Shown piece after piece: positions 26,369-32,406 of a DNA stretch of 32,406 nucleotides. Each line of letters opens with the position of its first letter. The first letter of the stretch is position 1. A model generated the notes under the pieces. It made no database searches, was not told the origin of the DNA, and was given only the letters and a program-made list of their open reading frames with translations. A program made the position numbers and the translations under genes. The stretch is from a virus (lineage: Duplodnaviria > Caudoviricetes). The stretch lies in the IMG/VR virus record IMGVR_UViG_3300020045_002297, positions 1 to 32,406 of that record, one strand, 5' to 3'.

Positions 26369-28229
26369 GATAATTGTACCCGACTATTCAAGGGACGATT
26401 TTACAAAGGGTACAGCGCCTTTTGATTGGCTTTACAAATTCAAGGACGATAAGTTTAAAATGGCACAAATAACCACGCTCATTAAAGAAAAGGCTGGAGC
26501 GGTTCAAGTTAAAAATTTTATGATTTTATGGAAAGCATATTTGCAAACCGTAACAAGTAAAAACGGAATGACAATGGATAATACAACGAATTTCGACAAA
26601 CAAAAACTTGAACTTGCAACAGGCGAATGGATAGCGGACGATTACGGAATTTCTACAATAAACCGATTTGGAGAGGAAGTAATTGCTTGTAACCATCCAG
26701 TAATGCCGATTCAAAGGTTAGTGAACATTGATACAGATACGGAAAAATTAAACATTGCCTATAAAAAGCGCGGCAAGGGTTGGCGGTCAATAATAGTTGA
26801 TAAGAAAACACTTGCATCAGCTAACAGCATCGTCAGTATGTCGGAGTATGGAATCGCAGTTAATAGCGAAAATTCAAAGTATTTAGTTAAGTATTTAACC
26901 GATATCGAAGCATTAAACCCCGACGCAATCGAGGAAATAAGTTCGGTAGGTAGGCTTGGTTGGATTGATGGTTACGGATTTTCACCTTATGTTGATTCAT
27001 TAATATTTGATGGCGATGTATCATTCAAACATTTTTTTGAATCCGTTTCTAAGCATGGTAAACACGCCAAGTGGGTTGAAACAGCTAGAGAAGCAAGAAA
27101 GCAAAGTACAATTGCAAAAATCATGCTTGCCGCTTCGTTTGCTTCGGTCCTTGTAAACCCTTGTAATGCCTTACCGTTTTTTGTACATCTTTGGGGAGGA
27201 ACAGAAGCTGGGAAAACAGTTGCTTTAATGTTAGCTGCATCGGTTTGGGCAAATCCATCAATGGGCGCATACATACACACATTTAATGGAACAGCAGTAG
27301 CACAAGAACTATCCGCAACATTTGTAAACTCTCTACCGCTTATTATTGACGAACTACAGATTATAGGCGATAGAAAAGACTTTGACAAAATGATTTATCA
27401 ACTATCAGAGGGTGTCGGTAAAGGCAGAGGTGCAAAAGCTGGAGGACTTCAAAAAGTCGGTACATGGCAAAACTGCATCATAACATCAGGAGAACAACCA
27501 ATAACAAACGGTTCATCCGCTGGGGGCGCAGTTAATAGAATAATCGAAATTGATTGTAAGGATGAGAAAATATTTAAAGACCCAGTAAGTGTTGTAGATT
27601 CACTCAAAAAGCATTATGGGAGTGCTGGGGAGTTCTTTATTGAAAAGTTGACCGATAACGACAACGAAATTTTAAACCGAGCAAAACAGCTTCAAAAAGA
27701 TATTTATAAGGAACTCTCAAAAGGTCAAAGCACAGAAAAGCAAATCATGGCAGCAAGCGTTATTTTAACAGCCGATGCGCTGATTGATGAACTTATATTT
27801 AAAGACGGAAACAAACTCACCAACAAAGACATTGAACCATATTTAATGACAAAACAGCAAATTTCACAAGGTGAGCGAGCGTATGAGTTCTTATTCGATT
27901 TCATTGCAGTAAACCGCAGAAAGTTTGAAACAAACTCGTTTGGTGATACAGATGTTGAAGTTTGGGGAACAATCGATGTTGATTATGTCTATATCATTAA
28001 AAGCCAATTTGACAAGATAATGCAAAATGAGGGGTTCAATCCGTCTGCATTTCTTTCTTGGATGAAGCAAAAATCATTATTAAAAACCAAAGAAAAAAGA
28101 AACACAATCGATAAAAGGATTTTCGGAAATGTCTGTAATGTGATAGCAATTAAGCAAAAACCAGACTTTGAAGAAACGATTGACCTTAAAAATTTAGCGA
28201 ACGATATTGACTATGATTTACCAAATTAA
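26361..28229 (+). CDS. DUF927-containing replicative helicase/initiator
   Basis: GRLGW, Walker A GGTEAGKT, Walker B LIIDE, GKGRG...W, ITSGE; GAGGTG then TTG 26361 (ORF track 26352). Confidence 0.85.
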   Translation: MDEIIVPDYSRDDFTKGTAPFDWLYKFKDDKFKMAQITTLIKEKAGAVQVKNFMILWKAYLQTVTSKNGMTMDNTTNFDKQKLELATGEWIADDYGISTINRFGEEVIACNHPVMPIQRLVNIDTDTEKLNIAYKKRGKGWRSIIVDKKTLASANSIVSMSEYGIAVNSENSKYLVKYLTDIEALNPDAIEEISSVGRLGWIDGYGFSPYVDSLIFDGDVSFKHFFESVSKHGKHAKWVETAREARKQSTIAKIMLAASFASVLVNPCNALPFFVHLWGGTEAGKTVALMLAASVWANPSMGAYIHTFNGTAVAQELSATFVNSLPLIIDELQIIGDRKDFDKMIYQLSEGVGKGRGAKAGGLQKVGTWQNCIITSGEQPITNGSSAGGAVNRIIEIDCKDEKIFKDPVSVVDSLKKHYGSAGEFFIEKLTDNDNEILNRAKQLQKDIYKELSKGQSTEKQIMAASVILTADALIDELIFKDGNKLTNKDIEPYLMTKQQISQGERAYEFLFDFIAVNRRKFETNSFGDTDVEVWGTIDVDYVYIIKSQFDKIMQNEGFNPSAFLSWMKQKSLLKTKEKRNTIDKRIFGNVCNVIAIKQKPDFEETIDLKNLANDIDYDLPN

Positions 28230-28267
28230 TACATAAATATCACTAAAATACAATGAAATTACCAGTT

Positions 28268-28548
28268 TGTAGACAAGTGTAGACACGATATAGACAAATT
28301 AAAAACCTCGCAGACCGCATGAACAGGCGATTGTAGGCACTGTAGACGGTGTAGACAAGAAAAAACACACAACCTTATATATAACACATATATAAATCGC
28401 TAATAAAAGTTACACACGCATTCACGCGTAAGAAAGTAAAAAAGTATGTCTACACCGTCTACACCGTCTACACCACCCTTGAAACACGCATAAACAGGCA
28501 CTTTTTACTGTAGACACTTTTGAAAATTTATGTCTACACTTGTCTACA
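28268..28548. repeat. Putative replication origin with about 12 TGTAGAC iterons in converging orientation
   Basis: Forward copies at 28268, 28278, 28289 (1 mismatch), 28332 (1 mismatch), 28341, 28350, 28509; reverse copies near 28448, 28457, 28466, 28532, 28542; AT-rich centre; non-coding, directly after the helicase. Confidence 0.8.
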
Positions 28549-28565
28549 CTTAAAAGGAGTAATTA

Positions 28566-28757
28566 ATGGAACGAAAACAATTTATTGAAAACATCGGGGA
28601 TAAAAAGCAAGTTGTCTTTAATGGTTCAAATTACTTGCCGGTTGGGTATTCTTTAGAAATGATTAACAACAAATGGTTGCACTCGGCAAAACTTAAAGAT
28701 TTAAGAGCAGCCAACTCAATAATGATAGTCGATTTAGAAAGGGTTGAATCAATATGA
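28566..28757 (+). CDS. Hypothetical protein
   Basis: RBS AAGGAG. Confidence 0.7.
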   Translation: MERKQFIENIGDKKQVVFNGSNYLPVGYSLEMINNKWLHSAKLKDLRAANSIMIVDLERVESI

Positions 28758-28876
28758 GTTATCAAACTAGATTAAGAAAGTATGAATTTGAGAAACAACA
28801 GTTAAATCAAATGAATTTATCACCAGCACAATACCAACAAGCATTAATTGTGTTGGCCAATCGGTGGAAAGTTTAA
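28754..28876 (+). CDS. Hypothetical protein (40 aa)
   Basis: Not in ORF track; ATGA overlap; MSYQTRLRKYEFEKQQL... Confidence 0.6.
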   Translation: MSYQTRLRKYEFEKQQLNQMNLSPAQYQQALIVLANRWKV

Positions 28877-28919
28877 CAATTTAAAAATCTCGGCACTGAC
28901 CGAGTGAAAGGGTAGAAAT

Positions 28920-29297
28920 ATGAAAAATGCAATATTAATGAGCATCAAACCTCAATACTGCGAAAAGATACTATCTGGCGAAAAGAAAATAGAACTGCGC
29001 CGTACAATTCCAAAATTAAAAACTCCGTTTGTCATTTATGTTTACGAGTGTGGCACTGGAAAAATACCATTTATGTTTTATTGTTCACAAATACAAGAAA
29101 TAAAAACGAGCCACATAATTGATTCTGTTATTGCTCAAATGGCTTGCGTGTCAAAAAGTGAATACGATAAATACAATCCAAACTACTATTTATCAATACA
29201 TAATCCAGAACAATTCAAAACTACATTAACCCTATCCGACTTTGGATTAAAAAGACCGCCACAATCGTGGCAGTATGTGGAGGAAATAAATGGATAA
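28920..29297 (+). CDS. ASCH/PUA-like domain protein
   Basis: LMSIKPQYCEKILSGEKKIELRR...RPPQSWQY. Confidence 0.88.
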   Translation: MKNAILMSIKPQYCEKILSGEKKIELRRTIPKLKTPFVIYVYECGTGKIPFMFYCSQIQEIKTSHIIDSVIAQMACVSKSEYDKYNPNYYLSIHNPEQFKTTLTLSDFGLKRPPQSWQYVEEING

Positions 29298-29664
29298 AGA
29301 TAAAATAATAGCATCGTTGAAAGCGTGTATTAATGGTCCTTGTCTGATCTGCAAACATTACAATATAAAATTACGAGAAACAGAATGCAAAGCTTGTCTT
29401 ATAAAAGATGCTCACGACCTAATCCAACAGCAACAAGACGAAATCGAACAGTTTAAACCAAAGCCGATTGTTACAGAGTTTGACAGGATACAGAATTTTG
29501 ACATTAGGGAAATGGCAATACATAACATTGGAATGGCTATTCTTTCGGATGATGGCGAAATGTATTGGAAGTGCACCGATGGAATGATATTTGACATTGA
29601 CCATAGAGAAGGCGCTTTTGAATATGAAATAAACTGGCTTAATAGTCCAGTGAAAGGGGAATGA
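29290..29664 (+). CDS. Hypothetical protein
   Basis: RBS GGAGG; Cys-containing N-terminus. Confidence 0.7.
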   Translation: MDKDKIIASLKACINGPCLICKHYNIKLRETECKACLIKDAHDLIQQQQDEIEQFKPKPIVTEFDRIQNFDIREMAIHNIGMAILSDDGEMYWKCTDGMIFDIDHREGAFEYEINWLNSPVKGE

Positions 29665-29667
29665 ATT

Positions 29668-30063
29668 ATGGAGAGATTAACAAAAACACTTAGTAATAAT
29701 ACGACCGCATTTATTGGCGGTAATGTATACGCAGCAATATGCAAATTAGCAGATTACGAACAAACCAACTTAACCCCTACAGAAATAACGGCAATTCAAG
29801 CCGAACTAACTGAATATAAAAGGCTTGAAGCTGACGGGTTGATGGTTAGGTTGCCTTGTAAGGTTGGGGATGTGGTTTACGAGATTGTTAAATACCCCAA
29901 AGACGGAGCAGAGTTATTAGGCATTCTTCCTCAAACTGGTGTAAAAGTTGAATCTAAGATATTTAATTTGCCTTATTATGCAAGACATATTTACGATTTT
30001 GGAACAAAGGTATTTCGAACCGAAGCCGAAGCACAACAAGCGATGGAGGTACATAATGTCTGA
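29668..30063 (+). CDS. Hypothetical phage protein
   Basis: MERLT, KLADYE.T.LTP.EI, LPCKVGD.VY, VF.T..EA modules typical of Clostridia phage early genes. Confidence 0.75.
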   Translation: MERLTKTLSNNTTAFIGGNVYAAICKLADYEQTNLTPTEITAIQAELTEYKRLEADGLMVRLPCKVGDVVYEIVKYPKDGAELLGILPQTGVKVESKIFNLPYYARHIYDFGTKVFRTEAEAQQAMEVHNV

Positions 30064-30499
30064 GATAATTAAATCATACGACCGAAAAGCGAGAAAAGCC
30101 CACATTTGTAATTATTGCTCATGCAACATATCGCTAGGCGAAACATATCACATATCGGTTTTGAGACATGAAGGTGCGCTTTATGAATGGAAATCACACA
30201 GCAAATGCGCTCAAATTTCAAGAGAACTTTGGGAATATATAGACCCAGACGAGGGTATGGACGATGAAGATTTTAACCAAGGTTGTAATGATTTTTGTAA
30301 AACTTTTATTTGCCCAGATTGCCAAAGCTATGATAAATTGGACGACGAATGCAACGACGAACATAATTACTGCATTGATTTAATTTATGAGAAATTTCAG
30401 ACTAAAACATTGAAACGCGTTAAAAATCCAAGTGGAATATATACACATTCGTTTGAATTAGTTGACAGAATTGAGGCACAAAATGGCAACAGTATATAA
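30056..30499 (+). CDS. Cys/His-rich hypothetical protein
   Basis: RBS GGAGGT, ATG 30056; KARK.H.CNYC...I..GE.Y...H..C. Confidence 0.7.
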   Translation: MSEIIKSYDRKARKAHICNYCSCNISLGETYHISVLRHEGALYEWKSHSKCAQISRELWEYIDPDEGMDDEDFNQGCNDFCKTFICPDCQSYDKLDDECNDEHNYCIDLIYEKFQTKTLKRVKNPSGIYTHSFELVDRIEAQNGNSI

Positions 30500-30579
30500 A
30501 CAAGCCAATGTTAAAGATGGTGAGCCTATACATACTAGGGATATTTATGGTGAGGGAAATTATAAGGAGGGAAACAATA

Positions 30580-30759
30580 ATGAAAAAATCAAAATTAAAA
30601 TATGCGATACAGAGGGATGAAGTTAGTAAGGGCAATTGGTGTCTTGGAATCGAATTATGTCATTTTGACGATGAAATTTACATTTACATCAATTTTTTTA
30701 AACTTGCATTTGCAATCGGTAGATTTTGGGTGTTTGTGGAGGGTGAAGATAATGACTAA
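30580..30759 (+). CDS. Hypothetical protein
   Basis: RBS AAGGAGG, ATG 30580. Confidence 0.6.
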   Translation: MKKSKLKYAIQRDEVSKGNWCLGIELCHFDDEIYIYINFFKLAFAIGRFWVFVEGEDND

Positions 30760-31021
30760 TCAAGAAGCAATTAAGCTATTAATTGAATACCGACAACCTC
30801 ATTATTACAAAAATACACCTTGCGGAATAGTCGGAGGTGCTTATGATTTAGCAATTGAAGCACTTGAAAAGCAGATAGCTAAAAAGCCAAATATAGTTGG
30901 CGTAAGCATATTTTCGACTTATAGTTGTCCAAATTGTGAAAGTATGGTTGGCGATTTGCATAAAAAAGCTAATTGTTGTCCAGACTGTGGTCAGAAATTA
31001 GATTGGAGTGGGCATAAATGA
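30752..31021 (+). CDS. Zinc-ribbon phage protein
   Basis: RBS GGAGG, ATG 30752; AIEALEKQI.KKP...CPNC...CPDCGQKLDW. Confidence 0.75.
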   Translation: MTNQEAIKLLIEYRQPHYYKNTPCGIVGGAYDLAIEALEKQIAKKPNIVGVSIFSTYSCPNCESMVGDLHKKANCCPDCGQKLDWSGHK

Positions 31022-31473
31022 GAGAACATTTATTTAAGGGTAAAAGCCTTGATAATGGTGATTGGGTTCAAGGCTGGTATATTGAATTTGGGAAATTTAC
31101 AGCTATAGTTGTTTTTGGAAGAGATAGCGAAGGCAGAGTAATTATAAAAGAAAGCGTTGAAGTCATCCCCGAAACAGTCTGCGAGTTTACAGGGTTGACG
31201 GATAAGGACGGTAAGAAGATATTTGAGGGGGAGTTATTAGAGGGATTTGTTTATCCTTTTTATCGTGAAAAAGAAAAAGAACATAATTATTTTGCAGAAG
31301 TTATATGGCTTGATAATTCCGCCGCTTTTGGGATATGTACGCATAAGTATGCTAACTCAAAGGTTAGAGGCACTTCAAGCGGGAATATTGAGTTAATGAA
31401 TAACTTTGATTGTGAAGATTGGAAAATCATCGGCTCAAAGTTTGATAACCCCGAATTGTTGGAGGTGGATTGA
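31018..31473 (+). CDS. YopX-family protein
   Basis: MRE.LFKGK, TVCEFTGL.DK.GKKIFEG, IIGSKFDNPELL. Confidence 0.9.
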   Translation: MREHLFKGKSLDNGDWVQGWYIEFGKFTAIVVFGRDSEGRVIIKESVEVIPETVCEFTGLTDKDGKKIFEGELLEGFVYPFYREKEKEHNYFAEVIWLDNSAAFGICTHKYANSKVRGTSSGNIELMNNFDCEDWKIIGSKFDNPELLEVD

Positions 31474-31917
31474 GTGACAAGAATATGTTTAGTCTGCGGT
31501 AATCCGCTCCCAATTAAAAAAGCTAAATATTGTTGCTATGATTGCAGTTACTCCGCTCAACTTGCAAGAATTAAAGAGCGTGTAAAACAAAAGCCTAAAG
31601 TTAAATTAAAAGTTAAAGTTTGCATTGTCTGCGGAAAAGAATTTACACCAGTTAGGGGACAACAAATATATTGCAGTAAAGTGTGTGGGCGAAACTTTAC
31701 CAATAAAATTGCTCGGGAATGTCGTGCATCTGGGATTAAAACAAAGTCAACTAAAATAAATCCGCTTGATGAATTTGAACTCGAAGCAACACCAATACAT
31801 AAATTACCAAAGATAAGCATACACGATGTTATTAGATTTCAAATGCAATATGACCAGGATAATAAAAAATTGATTTCGTACACTGATGCAGTAAAGATGA
31901 TGGAGGGGAATAAATGA
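31474..31917 (+). CDS. Protein with two CxxC...CxxxC zinc fingers
   Basis: CLVCG...YCCYDC and CIVCGKEF...YCSKVC; RBS GGAGGT. Confidence 0.75.
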   Translation: MTRICLVCGNPLPIKKAKYCCYDCSYSAQLARIKERVKQKPKVKLKVKVCIVCGKEFTPVRGQQIYCSKVCGRNFTNKIARECRASGIKTKSTKINPLDEFELEATPIHKLPKISIHDVIRFQMQYDQDNKKLISYTDAVKMMEGNK

Positions 31918-32330
31918 CAGTTAGAGAATGGTTAGAACGAGGACAGGCAATAGAAACAGAAATAGCCGAGTTAAACAAAGCTTGTAAATCTGCTTGGGAA
32001 ACAGTTACTTCAATTTCTCCAAATATGAATCCCGACAAAGTAATGTCAAGCGGAGAATCGGACAGCAAGCTAGTAAACTTTGTTTCTTATGTTGAAGAAC
32101 TTGAAAAAATAAAAAACAAACTCTTTGCTACAAAATTAGAAATAATATCATACATTTATAAATTAAACGATAAACGGCTAAGAATAGTTTTGGTTGCTAA
32201 ATTTGTAAACAATAAAACAGATGATGAAATTGAAGCCGATATTGGATTATGCAAATCAACAATAAACAAAACGCTTGGCACAGCTTTAGTAAATATTAAA
32301 GAGTTGTTATTAAAAGATGGATTACTATAA
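31914..32330 (+). CDS. Late transcriptional activator (ArpU/RinA-like)
   Basis: Last early gene before the packaging module; coiled coil plus C-terminal sigma-region-4-like HTH. Confidence 0.7.
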   Translation: MTVREWLERGQAIETEIAELNKACKSAWETVTSISPNMNPDKVMSSGESDSKLVNFVSYVEELEKIKNKLFATKLEIISYIYKLNDKRLRIVLVAKFVNNKTDDEIEADIGLCKSTINKTLGTALVNIKELLLKDGLL

Positions 32331-32406
32331 AATACACAAAAATACATTAAATTACTACTTTTATATAATGTAATACATTAAATAACTAAAAATAATCCAA
32401 AAATAC
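32329..32406 (+). promoter_or_regulatory. Phased AAATAC-like repeats, candidate late-activator binding region
   Basis: AAATACAC, AAATACAT, AATTAC, TAATACAT, AAATAAC, AAATAAT, AAATAC at about 10-bp spacing; truncated by window end. Confidence 0.45.

Noticed and set aside
28268-28548. Mini-CRISPR or MITE
   Set aside because: Repeats are 7-8 bp in both orientations with irregular spacing and no target-site duplication; position after the helicase favours an origin.

Overview
The window is most of the genome of a temperate, AT-rich siphovirus-like phage, probably infecting a Clostridia-type Bacillota host (inferred from GGAGG RBSs, sigma-A promoters, a Gram-positive LexA box and the protein families). 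Gene order: 5'-truncated terminase large subunit, HK97-type portal/protease/capsid, head-tail genes, tail tube, frameshifted tail chaperones, tape measure, Dit, Tal, BppU-type receptor-binding protein, C39-like lysin, two holin-like genes, an intact attP (tRNA-Pro 3' end), tyrosine integrase, a stand-alone HsdR-N-like nuclease, a cI/cro switch, early genes, a Sak4/SSB/ERCC4/CHC2/DUF927 replication module with an iteron-rich origin, accessory genes and an ArpU/RinA-like late activator. The attP is unsplit, so this looks like the excised or virion form. The small terminase and packaging site lie outside the window. Best leads: (1) a LexA-box-controlled 49-aa ORF, antisense to and overlapping a peptidase-less cI, that resembles the CI C-terminal helices and is a candidate SinI-like mimic antirepressor; (2) a major tail protein that appears circularly permuted; (3) a 19/20-bp motif shared by attP and the replication origin; (4) an amber codon created by allele shuffling within a 27-bp coding repeat; (5) apparent AUA/AUC starts for the portal and connector genes. 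All family calls are from motif recognition and synteny by eye. No database searches were run.
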